From NCBI GenBank assembly GCA_002269645.1, contig NIVC01001499.1, positions 330,606 to 394,605 on the forward strand: a DNA stretch of 64,000 nucleotides, read 5' to 3'. Each line of letters begins with the position of its first letter. Within the stretch, counting starts at the first letter, position 1. The position numbers and the translations under genes were made by a program. This document shows positions 51,801 through 61,545 of the stretch, one piece after another. This DNA comes from Macrostomum lignano (Eukaryota). The notes under the pieces are model-generated. The model saw nothing but the letters and a program-made list of their open reading frames with translations, was not told where the DNA came from and made no database searches.

Positions 51801-52031
51801 ATGGACGGCTTGCGTCCAGAAAGTCCAACGAGTGGCAGCCATTGTATTCAAGAGACACCACCAGCGCAAGATACCGTGGATAGTGATAAAGTGGAAGCAT
51901 TTCCAGCTGGTCCAGTCACTACGCCGATTACGACGACCCGTTCCGGCCGTCTGGTGCGTAAGCCTCAGCGTTTCTTGAACACTATAGTGCGTCTGTGTTC
52001 GAGGAACGGACATTTAAGCAACAGCGCCTAG
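48825..52031 (+). CDS. Gag-Pol polyprotein, part 2: RT thumb, RNase H, integrase (HHCC, DDE, GPY) and low-complexity tail
   Basis: Frame open from 48825 (LALVLWQLKKANLKIKPSKC); DCDSS..GVGGVL, RELLG, NADMLSR; H..INHCG..CEVC; VDHAGP, DNG, GKAER; WLGPYKV; TRSGR tail. Confidence 0.93.
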   Translation: MALVLWQLKKANLKIKPSKCELFKDRVRFLGFVVSSQGIEADPTKIDAVRNWCKPTDKRQLLAFLGFANYYRKFVARFSVIASPLYSLAKGSSKFCWLEHHDRAFEELKANLCAPPVLAYPDLKPSAGPFILDCDSSLEGVGGVLSQEGPDGQEHVVAYASKKFTHSQRNYCATMRELLGLVIMLEHFRTYLLDRSFLVRSDAAALQWLHTKKHSTGMLAQWLATIDVYNFKVCQTPLERLAEYDFSVEHRPGRDHVNADMLSRNPRFRSDHHDCPTCSKIPAFQDKFRKLEEQRCQDEDEDTDSMPAVQLRTAQIDACCQTEPHQSNQEPKYPSEILTSHEGSDEVRSHRSLSLPSTAQDPDPEGETSEDEMSENSENLWAREAQESSTDLVRLIEAVEGKSPRLTKVEVQDCSREIRTLWAMFDELEVVNGLLTRVKPAKQGQVSQRLIIIPETADVDELVSCYHRDINHCGINKTVRALKQRFQITNLEVFVKGIIAECEVCCRTKKNKRKNKEPLEPILSGYPNQIVHVDHAGPFPEQEGNRYLLVLVDNFSGYVEIVPVPDVSAATTATVILTEWIVRYGTMEKLVSDNGTAFINKTVAELTRLLEIDMARITAHRPQSNGKAERTIQSIKAQIRAICLEKRVNWVYAARLAGLSIRTTVAESTGWTPARLFFGRELVLPLDLLFNPPRHDRYDPDCYAHKLHKLLVEVSAIARMERGKAQQRQKRNYDRNTIHSNFEIGELVWVLNPDHRGLDSAVWLGPYKVVQKVSERNYRLIPEFARINPICQTPNPSHNIYNVDRMKRCIRKQTYQDIADRFELRVPALIPPSRLGQLDDQSESRSDSWGSSATTCSEPEPEAEVPNTQDDEAPDPPHTSAPDPPHTSAPDPPNTSAPDPPRTSAPDPPHPPAPDPPHTSAPDPPHTSSPDRLARNQSPSLPSAFVEVADSGNLQQDYQVPEIGAEVEVPQNNTEEQLPESRVHESSTTMPAMDGLRPESPTSGSHCIQETPPAQDTVDSDKVEAFPAGPVTTPITTTRSGRLVRKPQRFLNTIVRLCSRNGHLSNSA
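51441..51617 (+). repeat. In-frame 24-bp tandem repeat (SAPDPPHT x ~7) in the integrase tail
   Basis: Direct periodicity. Confidence 0.92.
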
Positions 52032-52387
52032 CGTTTAACCTTAATGGGGCTTACTTGGGGTCATTGCTCACTACTAATGATTTGTAACTGACAAAAAAAC
52101 TTTTAAAAAATCCAAAAATATTGAAATGGAAATATTCGAATACGACATTGCAGCAGTCGTTAAAGTAACCATGAAAAGGTAAATTTGAGTTTTCAGTTTT
52201 CAGTGCTGGTGGTCTGCTTTGGTTTTCACACATATCGTTTGCCTTGGCTGTGTTGCGGGCTATCGTTGCTGCAACGCTCTAAGCCTGGTGTGAAACTTTC
52301 CTAGCTTTCTTGTGCCTTTCCACCTTAGGTTCTTTTCTTTCGTCTTTGGGGGGGGGTTCTGCAGTTGTAGTTATTAGGGGGGGGGGG

Positions 52388-53210
52388 GATCGGTCTCCTG
52401 CCAGCCACCATCGGCCTCCTGCCGGCTACCATCGGCCTCCTGCTGGCTACCATCGGCCTCCTGCTGGCTACCATCGGCCTCCTGCTGGCTACCATCGGCC
52501 TCCTGCCGGCTACCATCGGCCTCCTGCCGGCTACCATCGGCCTCCTGCCGGCTACCATCGGCCTCCTGCCGGCTACCATCGGCCTCCTGCCGGCCACCAT
52601 CGGCCTCCTGCCGGCTACCATCGGCCTGCTCCTGCCGGCTACCATCGGCCTGCTCCTGCCGGCTACCATCGGCCTCCTGCTGGCTACCATCGGCCTCCTG
52701 CCGGCTACCATCGGCCTCCTGCCGGCTACCATCGGCCTCCTGCCGGCCACCATCGGCCTGCTCCTGCCGGCTACCATCGGCCTGCTCCTGCCGGCTACCA
52801 TCGGCCTGCTCACGCCGGCTACCATCGGCCTGCTCCTGCCGGCTACCATCGGCCTCCTGCCGGCTACCATCGGCCTCCTGCCGGCTACCATCGGCCTCCT
52901 GCCGGCTACCATCGGCCTCCTGCCGGCCACCATCGGCCTCCTGCCGGCTACCATCGGCCTGCTCCTGCCGGCTACCATCGGCCTGCTCCTGCCGGCTACC
53001 ATCGGCCTCCTGCTGGCTACCATCGGCCTCCTGCCGGCTACCATCGGCCTCCTGCCGGCTACCATCGGCCTCCTGCCGGCCACCATCGGCCTGCTCCTGC
53101 CGGCTACCATCGGCCTGCTCCTGCCGGCTACCATCGGCCTGCTCACGCCGGCTACCATCGGCCTGCTCCTGCCGGCTACCATCGGCCTAATGCCGGCTAC
53201 CATCGGCCTC
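52388..53210. repeat. GC-rich 21/24-bp tandem array (~36 units) between pol and the PPT
   Basis: CCATCGGCCT(GCT)CCTGCCGGCTA; length variants differ by 3 nt. Confidence 0.95.
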
Positions 53211-53481
53211 CTTTGGCGTTTCGTTCGCTCGTATGTCTTAATCCACTTTTGATTCCTTCTGACCGTTTGTCTCTCAATTAATTTTTCGCGAATATACAAT
53301 AGTTATATTACTGAATTTTATATCGTTACTTATTGCTTAATCGATCGTCTACTGCTTTTATTCCCAACCAATATTTGTGGAGTTCGAGTGCGCTCAAATA
53401 ACAACTTCGTTGACATTTTATTACCTTTTAAGCCCTGTTATTTTCGAATTCATAAGATCGCCAGGCCGTTCCCTAATTTTT

Positions 53482-53496
53482 GCGGAAAGGGGCGGA
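53482..53496 (+). promoter_or_regulatory. Polypurine tract
   Basis: GCGGAAAGGGGCGGA directly before the 3' LTR. Confidence 0.8.
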
Positions 53497-53948
53497 TGTA
53501 ACGTCGTCGCTTCTGTATTGAAAATGTTCAATTTCGTATTTATGTTTTTTTGCAATTAATATTTAAAACTATATCTATTTTGGTCTAATGTTTGTAACTT
53601 ATTTTTTAGTTACTTTCCTCATTTGGTTTAATTTTGTTTTTCTATTTTCAATTAGTGCAGTTATTCAAATTTTGCTTCTTGATAGTTTTTGTGTAGAGTC
53701 CTGCGCTCTGTGTGTTGGTCTTAGTTCCCGTAGGCTGGGTGGCATTAACATTATATTATCGTCTCAGGTTACCCTTTGGTAATAGTTGGCATTGCCATAC
53801 TGCTTCTGACCTACTCACCATTATTCAGACTAGCAATTGAGTTGCTAAATTAATAATACGTATATTGGCCTAGGACAAGATCAACACTCAGACTCAGCAC
53901 GCGCACGCGCATCAGTCCCATGTTCTCGAACTAAATAAACTCGTCACA
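53497..53948 (+). repeat. 3' LTR (452 bp)
   Basis: Near-identical to 5' LTR; followed by TSD AAGG. Confidence 0.97.
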
Positions 53949-54166
53949 AAGGCATCGCCGCATCGGTAAACCATTAAAAATATAAAGATAAAAAAATTGT
54001 ATTCGATTTTTGTCCTACTTTCGCAGCCCCTTTGTGGCAAAAGTAACGTCTATTTTTATAAGTGTAAATAAAATACTGTAAATAGCATTATCGGGAAGCT
54101 TTAAAATATCTAAAAGCCACTAGAGTAGATGTCATGAGGGGGCTTCTGGGACAAAATTTTTCACCT

Positions 54167-54460
54167 CCTCCATAATCCACCTAAATCCATCCATATTATC
54201 CCTGACAGAATCAGAAAAAAAGGGGGGTCGCACTCGCTCCGAAAACGTCCTCCATAATCCCATTAAATCCATCCATATTATCCCTGACAGAATCAGAAAA
54301 AAAGGGGGGTCGCACTCGCTCCGAAAACGTCCTCCATAATCCCATTAAATCCATCCATATTATCCCTGACAGAATCAGAAAAAAAGGGGGGTCGCACTCG
54401 CTCACAAAACGTCCTCCATAATTCCATTAAATCCATCCATATTATCCCTGACAGAATCAG
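54167..54460. repeat. 82-bp subterminal tandem repeat (~3.6 copies) of the Polinton
   Basis: CCTCCATAAT at 54167, 54249, 54331 and 54413. Confidence 0.92.
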
Positions 54461-54593
54461 AGCATTATCCCTGACAGAAAGAAAAGAAACAAAGACTCAT
54501 TATATTTTATTTAAGATTTAAGATTATATTTTATTTTCGTAAAGGTGTTTTATGTTTACTAACAAACGACGACTGCAGAATCTTAAATCGAAA

Positions 54594-54887
54594 CTAATTT
54601 ATTCGATGACTTTCAATAGCTCTCTCCATTGCCACATTTGTTTGCAATTGATCGATCGTCTTGGATGTTATCGCACGACACTCTGGACATGTTATACTAT
54701 TTTCTGCCGCATTGTACAAAGTTTGGACACATCTCAAGCAGAACGAATGCGGGCAGTCCAGCTTCCTAGAAGGCGAAAGCCAGTTGTAGCACACTGGGCA
54801 TTCGCATCCACGCGGGATGTTTTCCCTCTCGCGGCTCTCCAACTCCTTCTCTTTAATTTGAATCTTTTCCTTTAGGTCTTTAACCAC
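54594..54887 (-). CDS. Polinton RING-finger protein, exon 2 (C3HC4 RING)
   Basis: CPVC...CPHSFCLRC...CPEC; acceptor TTTGAAG|GTG at 54888. Confidence 0.85.
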   Translation of the reverse strand: MVKDLKEKIQIKEKELESRERENIPRGCECPVCYNWLSPSRKLDCPHSFCLRCVQTLYNAAENSITCPECRAITSKTIDQLQTNVAMERAIESHRIN

Positions 54888-54975
54888 CTTCAAATAGTAA
54901 TAAATGAAACAATGCCATGATTAATGATAAAAAAGTACCCAGAAATACACAGAAAACACAAATTTCGAGTCTTAC

Positions 54976-55161
54976 CTGCACTGATTTAAAAAATTCCGTA
55001 TTTCTCTGAAGTGAACTTTCATTCCACACTATATATATAGTCTCTAGCGGACAGGTTTTGAGGTCGCTATCAGCGTGCAACGCGGTTGTCACATTTTGTG
55101 CAGTCCGTAGTTTTGACTTAAGATTTTGCAGTCGCCGTTTATCAGTAGCAGTTGAGGGCAT
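54976..55161 (-). CDS. Polinton RING-finger protein, exon 1 (62 aa)
   Basis: ATG at 55161; donor CAG|GTAAGA at 54975; 88-nt phase-0 intron gives a 159-aa protein. Confidence 0.7.
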
Positions 55162-55434
55162 ATGTGGGGAGAAGCAGCCCGAGTGTTTCTGTGTTTGCTT
55201 AAATATAGCTAGCCGTAGAAAATTCTAGAAAATTCCAGACTGTACAATCTTGGAGTCAAGCAGGGAAAACAATCGATATAGCTCAGTGTACGATAGAGCA
55301 TGAGGCGTGTGAATGTGAGGGGTGAGACTTCTCTATAGACAAAGCATAGGGTGAGGAGGTGAGGAGCATGAAGGAGAAGCATGGTGGAAAGAGAGATTGT
55401 AGCCGAAACCAGTGTGCTCAAGACTGTACACTTG

Positions 55435-55549
55435 TGTGGAGAAAAGCGAAGCGAAGGCCAAAAGGCCAGTTTGCGATAAAATTTGGCCTTACTCGAGGCC
55501 AAAATCCTTTGCGTTCTGGCCTTTTGGCCTTCGCTTCTTTTCGCTCCAC
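55435..55549. other. Long nested hairpin (22-bp perfect stem 55448-55469 / 55516-55537 plus 8-bp inner stem)
   Basis: GAAGCGAAGGCCAAAAGGCCAG / CTGGCCTTTTGGCCTTCGCTTC; inner TTTGGCCT-TACTCG-AGGCCAAA. Confidence 0.9.
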
Positions 55550-55565
55550 TCAAGTGGAGAGAGAA

Positions 55566-56015
55566 TCATTCTGCTCTCTCAACCCCCAGCTCTTTCAACA
55601 GTCTTCCTAGTTCTTGACTTGGCGCGTGCAATGCAAAACCCACCCCACCTTCGCCTTGAACCCCCAACCCCAGTTTTGTCTTACTAAAAATAACAGCTTT
55701 AACTAGCTTCCGAGCGATCGACTCACGAAATCCGCTTGAAGCCCCTATATTGTCTAGTCTCTTAAGCATTTCTTTGTCCCAACGATTCTTCTCCTCAGGA
55801 AAATCTCTATTTTTAACATCGTGCCACATGCAGACAGAGTCTAGCTCGTTCACAGGCTCATGCCCAGGATTTGGGTTGTTGTTTCCATCCAGCTGTATTT
55901 CAAGAGGATTCAAAGGCCCGCAATATTTATAGCCGGGAAGTGTCCAGCCTTTGTTTGGATGAGGAAGCTTTTCTATCAGTCCATGTGAATCTATTTTACC
56001 ACCAGAGCGCTGCAT
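55566..56015 (-). CDS. Parvovirus VP1-type phospholipase A2 domain protein (149 aa from ATG 56015)
   Basis: LPGYKYCGP (Ca-loop), PVNELD, HD dyad, downstream D (RWDKEML). Confidence 0.85.
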   Translation of the reverse strand: MQRSGGKIDSHGLIEKLPHPNKGWTLPGYKYCGPLNPLEIQLDGNNNPNPGHEPVNELDSVCMWHDVKNRDFPEEKNRWDKEMLKRLDNIGASSGFRESIARKLVKAVIFSKTKLGLGVQGEGGVGFALHAPSQELGRLLKELGVERAE

Positions 56016-56045
56016 TATTTTATTTAAAATTTTCTTTTTAAATAA

Positions 56046-57083
56046 ATGACAGATCAGAAACTTAAAAAACTCTACTACAGCGACAAAGGATTCTTTGTAG
56101 GCAAAAATGCTGTTAGTAAACTCATGGAGCTGAGTAAAGAGCCAAAAGCTACAGTAGAAAAATGGCTCTCTAAGCAGGCTGTCTTTCAAGTCTATTTCCC
56201 ACCAGTAAAATTTGAAAGGCCCCATTTCAGTATTTATAAACCTAATGAAGCGCACCAAGCAGATCTTTTGTTTCTCCCCAACGACTCAGGCTACAAGTAT
56301 GCTCTTACAATTATTGACATTGCTTCCAGATATAAGGAAGCTCGCCCACTCAAGACGAAGAAGTCAGAGGTTGTTGCCAGCGCACTGCAAGATATTTATA
56401 AAAACTCTCCGCTCACATACCCCCAAATCTTTATGACCGACCCGGGTAAGGAATTCATGGGTGTAGTGAAATCCCTTATGGAAAAGAAAAACACAGAGAT
56501 TCGCTATGGCAGAACAAACTTGCACAGAGACCAGGCTTTTGTGGAAAGATTCAATCTAACTCTAGCCAAGAGACTATTCACTAAGCAGACAGCGCAAGAA
56601 CTCAAACTGAGTGCGGGGCAGTACTATACCAAGTGGACAGAAAGACTCCCCACTGTTATAGAGCAACTGAACAATGAAGTCACACGCATGACTGGATTGA
56701 AACCATCCCATGCAATTAAACAAGACACTGTCGAACTTAAGGCATCTCATAGAACAGACAACAACACGACAACCCCACACAACACACACAACACAAAACA
56801 CACCTCGAACTACCCTAAGCTTCCAGGAGTTGAATCACCATACATACTGACAAACTCTGAGTTTCTACGCTTTTTATATCTACCTGGAGAGCTAGAGAAG
56901 GACACCAAAAGAAGAGCTACAGATCCATACTTCAGCCTTGATGTACATAAAATAGACAGACATTATACCTCCGACTCCGGTGACTATTACTTTTTATCTC
57001 AGGCCTTTAACCCTAAATCCCCCACGCGGTCATTCACTAGAGCTGAACTCCTAGTGATACCAGCTGACACAGAAATTAATTAA
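56046..57083 (+). CDS. Polinton retroviral-type (rve) integrase
   Basis: HQADL, TDPGKEF, VERFN DDE triad; uninterrupted 345-aa ORF. Confidence 0.93.
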   Translation: MTDQKLKKLYYSDKGFFVGKNAVSKLMELSKEPKATVEKWLSKQAVFQVYFPPVKFERPHFSIYKPNEAHQADLLFLPNDSGYKYALTIIDIASRYKEARPLKTKKSEVVASALQDIYKNSPLTYPQIFMTDPGKEFMGVVKSLMEKKNTEIRYGRTNLHRDQAFVERFNLTLAKRLFTKQTAQELKLSAGQYYTKWTERLPTVIEQLNNEVTRMTGLKPSHAIKQDTVELKASHRTDNNTTTPHNTHNTKHTSNYPKLPGVESPYILTNSEFLRFLYLPGELEKDTKRRATDPYFSLDVHKIDRHYTSDSGDYYFLSQAFNPKSPTRSFTRAELLVIPADTEIN

Positions 57084-57099
57084 AATATTAAAATAAAAA

Positions 57100-57545
57100 A
57101 TGACAAAGATTGAAACTAGAACCATCAATAAACTCAATAAAATCATTGAATCAAAGAAACCAGGTATTATATCAATTAAAGGTGTCAAAGTAAAAATCGA
57201 TCCCACGCAGCAAATAGTTCAGTGTAATGAACAAAGACACAGCATCACAGATGAAAAGTCAGGAGGAATCCTACCATTAGCAGCTCTTATTCCGATCATT
57301 GCAGGCGCTGTAAGTGCCGCAGGTGGTGTAGCTGGAGGTGTAGCAACTGCTGTTAAAGCTGGGAATGATAGAGCCCACCAGCTGGAATTGCAAAAGATTG
57401 CAAGAGACAAAGGTATAACAATTAAGGCAGGAGAGGGCTGCCCGATCGTGATGATTGTGAGCATGAAAATTCTGTAAGCAAGTCTGACATTGTCAAAGCC
57501 ATCATGACACTGCACAATGCTGGGTTTACAATAATGCGGATGTGA
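57100..57545 (+). CDS. Adenovirus pX-like core protein precursor (probable 1-nt frameshift at ~57437)
   Basis: GGILPLAALIPIIAGAVSAAGGVA resembles pX GGFLPALIPLIAAAIGA; one extra G in a G-run extends it to ...KAIMTLHNAGFTIMRM*. Confidence 0.6.
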
Positions 57546-57668
57546 TGAGGTTTAAAACCCCACTTTATCCAGCTTCATAAACCTAATACTACTTATAGGA
57601 TGTAGAAACAGTTCAACTTTTCTATCAGGGTGGTCACCCTCAAAATTTTTTTTATATTTTCGAGAAAA

Positions 57669-60600
57669 ATGCCAAAAGCTAATCCAGCAAGAGATTTAGT
57701 CAACAAATATTTTTCAAACAAGGCGTCTCATTTCAAGAAAAAGTAATTTACTAAGAGAAGCATGCAAACAAAAGTTCAACACCGACCCTGGTCACCTGGG
57801 AAGCTATGAAAAACAGTTGGAAATCATCAATCAATTAGAATCAAACCAGTATGCGCCTATAAAAAATTCTGCAAAGGAACACCAAGAGAGGAGTCGCAAC
57901 TTAGTTAACAAATATGAAACTCTCACTGGTGAAAAAGCAAAGTACCCACAAAATAAGCAGGAACAAGAGAAATTAGAGCAATTAATCCATTTAAAAGAGT
58001 CGGAGCTTGCCACTGAAGAGATTAATTTTGCACAGACGAAGTTTACAGAACATTACATAGAGTACACAATCCCAATTAACGGCACCAACGGTACCACCGC
58101 AAATATCTACGACTATAAAGACAGCATCCAATCAGTTGTTGATCACACACTCAAAACACGCAAGACCTTTAAACTACAGATATCATTCAAGATTGCGTTT
58201 TATATGCCTGCAAAACCCACTGAGCATCTCGAGTATTACATGACAACAAAGGCAAAGCCATTCACCCCAACAGACACACTGGATCCTTTCCTTCAAGATG
58301 TCAATAAGAAAATTGAAGCGTTTACATCCAGAGGTTCCGGATGGGTCGTGGGAGGGATTCAAAGAGCGACTGTCAGGGTCATGAAATATGACCCACTTAA
58401 AGCCTCCTCTTATATAGAGCTCCCGCATAAGCTAGCCGGTAAAAAAGCTTGCATAAATGTTAAAAATAAAGACAATTGCTGTGCTCTATGGGCAGTTCTT
58501 TCTGCACTTTTTAGTGTCCCTCACCACCCCGAAAGAACCTCAAATTATCAAAATTATTTAACTACTATCTCATTGAATGCGAAAAGAAGGGAATCAGGTT
58601 TGACAAAGGAGGCTTGGCGATCTCTCAATCCCAAAGCTAGAAGAAGTGTTTAATAACAAAATTAGAATCACAGTCTTTGAGTGGAGTGAGAAAACTGAGA
58701 AAGTTCAACCGGTCAGATGTAGCAAAGACGTTTTAGATCCCGAGGGGAAAAGGCGGACTGAAGTGGATCTTCTAGTGATTGGTAATTTACTAGAGGAGGC
58801 TCACTATGTTTGGATTAAAGATCTTTCAAGACTCATACACAAGCAGTTGAATAATCATCACGAGGCTGTTGCCATCTGCCGCTTGTGCCTTAAGCATTAC
58901 AGTGGACCTGAACGCTTTGAAAAACTAGCAGAGCATGAATTATCATGCGAGGATCACCCGACAAACTGCTCTCTTCCTTCAGCTGAAGAGAAGTATCTCC
59001 GGTTTAAGAACTATCACAAGATGGAGAAGCTCCCATTTGTTGTATATGCTGATTTCGAATGCTCAATCGTGCCAGAAACTCAAAAACAAACTCAAACTCA
59101 AAAACATGTCCCCAATTCAGTAGCATATGCTTTTATTACTACCCAAAAGACTTGTTGAGTATAATTATTTCTTTGGAGAGCAGTGTGTGGAGCAGTTTAT
59201 TGCCAGAATGTTAGAGTTGCAAAAATTTGATTAGCACCCTTCAACCTGTTCCAATAATGATGACTGAGGAGGATGAAAGCAATTTCCTATCAGCAACTCA
59301 TTGCCACATCTGCAGGAAACATTTAACTTGCACTAATATTAAAAACCCCACCGTTAGGGACCACTGCCACTATACTGGGAAATTTAGAGGTGCAGCGCAT
59401 AACACCTGTAATCTAAAGCTAAAATCGAACATTCATGATCTAACGATATTTTGTCACAACGCAAAGAACTATGACATGCATTTAATAGTTGAAAAAATCG
59501 GCATGATTCCAGACATACACCTTGATTGCATCGCAGAGAACAAGGAGAAGTTTAAGTGTGTTGATATTAAACAGGATAATTCGGGTAAAGGTAAAATAAG
59601 ACTGAAGGATTCATATCAATTTCTAGCTGCCAGTCTAGACGAACTAAGCAAGAATCTAAAAGATGAACAATGTACATATACAAAGATGTTTGCAAGTAAA
59701 ATTAACAACACTGATGAATCATTTAAACTCCTGAGAACCAAAGGCTTCTACCCCTATGAAAATATTACTGGGTATCACGTATTTGAAGAAGGTTTACCAC
59801 CACAGGAGAAGTTCTTTTCAAAGCTAACAGACTCTGGAATCTCTGACAAAGACTATGAGCACGCGAAGCATGTCTATAATTACTTTAATTGTCAAAACTT
59901 CTTCCAGTATCACCTGCTTTACCTCTACACAGATGTGTTTCTGCTGGCCGATGTGTTTGAAACCTTCAGATCCACCTGGTACACAGCATACGGCCTCGAT
60001 CCAGCACATTATGTGTCTCTGCCTGCCACTAGCTGGGAATCTTTGCTTAAAATGAAATGGGATCAAGATCCAGATTGGTACATTGAACTTCTTACAGACA
60101 TTGACATGTACAATTTTGTCGAATCGTCAAAGCGAGGGGGAATCTCAATTTGCACCCATAGATATGCAAAAGCAAACAATCCCTACATTGAATCTTACAA
60201 TAAGGAGCAGCCCTCAAACTACATTACTTACTTGGACGCTAATAATCTCTACGGGTGGGCGATGAGTCAAGATCTTCCAGTTAGAGATTTTCGATGGTTA
60301 CCCTCATCAGAATTCAAACGGGACTTTTCATTGGCTGCCATTTATGAGGTTGATGTTTACATTCCACCAGAGCTTCACGACTATTTCTCTGACTTTCCAC
60401 CCTTCCCGAGAACATCAAGTGCCCGAAAATAATCGAAACTCCCAATGATAATAATGGAACTTGGCGCTGTCAGGAACAGAAAAAGAACATACAGAGAAAC
60501 TAACACAGAATCTAAACAACAAGACACGTTACAAAATCCATTACAAACTGCTTCAGTATTTTATCTCACTTGGTTGCAGGGTCACCATAGTTCACCGGGC

Positions 60601-61512
60601 TCTTACATTTACAGAGGAAGCGTGGATGAAACCCTACATTGATAAGAACACCCAGTTTAGGACCAAAGCAACCAACGACTTTGACAAGAACCTCTTTAAG
60701 TTGGCCAACAACTCTGTCTATGGCAAGACTCTTGAGAATGAGCGGAAAAGAACAAACCTGAAACTTGTTACCTCATCAGAGCCTGATGTTATTCAGGCAA
60801 ATTGTCAAAGCCAACATTCAAAGAACTCCATATCTTTAATAGCTACTTAGGTGTGATCATATTTTACAAAACCAAGGTGACGCTGCGCAAGCCGATCTAT
60901 ACAGGTGTCACTGTTCTCGACGAATCAAAACGTCTGATGTACCAGTTCTTCTATGGCATGAAGCAGCAGTACAAGGATAAAATGAAACTCTTGTACACTG
61001 ACACAGACAGTTTTATTATGGACATTCAAACAGAAGACATTTATCAGGACATGCTGCAGCAAAAAGATTTGTTTGACTTGTCTGAGTATGATGAATCTTT
61101 CAGGACACAGAATGGCGATCAAGTGTTTGACGCCACTAACAAGAAAGTGATTGGGAAAATGAAGGACGAGATTGCTGGTGACATAATCACTGAATTCATT
61201 GGGTTGAGAGCAAAGTCCTATTTTATAAAATGTGAGTCGTCAGACCCAATCAAAAAATCAAAGGGAATTCCGAAACGTGTAGTTAGGAAGGAAATTAATG
61301 AAGCTGAATACAGAGACGCCTTGAATTGCAACAAAAAGACATCACATGAGTTCTCAAAGCTACAATCCAAAAACCATATTATTCACACAATTCAGCAAAA
61401 GAAGATTGGACTGTCAGGTGCAGATAACAAGAGATTCATTTTTGATGACAATATCAACAGTCTACCGTTCGGGCATTGGAGGTTAGGTTTAGGAGGTGGA
61501 TATTGGGTTTAG
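57669..61512 (+). CDS. Protein-primed family B DNA polymerase (pPolB), split by several small frameshifts
   Basis: YADFEC, HNAKNYD, TDVFLLAD (exonuclease); DHCHYTG..AHNTCN (EndoVII-like); DANNLYG, KLANNSVYGK, YTDTDS, KSKG (polymerase). Confidence 0.92.
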
Positions 61513-61545
61513 GTTTGAGAGAAAGTTTAATAAACCTCATAAAAA

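Larger units (their letters stand above)
44880..53948 (+). mobile_element. Full-length Ty3/Gypsy LTR retrotransposon (9069 bp)
   Basis: TG...CA LTRs, 4-bp TSD AAGG (44876-44879 / 53949-53952), PBS, PPT, Gag-PR-RT-RH-IN order. Confidence 0.97.

Noticed and set aside
52310-53281. Plus-strand (HRPPAGY)n extensin- or env-like ORF
   Set aside because: Starts at TTG with no signal peptide or TM segment; the frame is open simply because the GC-rich unit lacks stops
56016-56258. 81-aa N-terminal extension of the PLA2 ORF
   Set aside because: It lies almost entirely antisense to the integrase CDS and starts at a non-ATG codon; ATG 56015 is the more likely start
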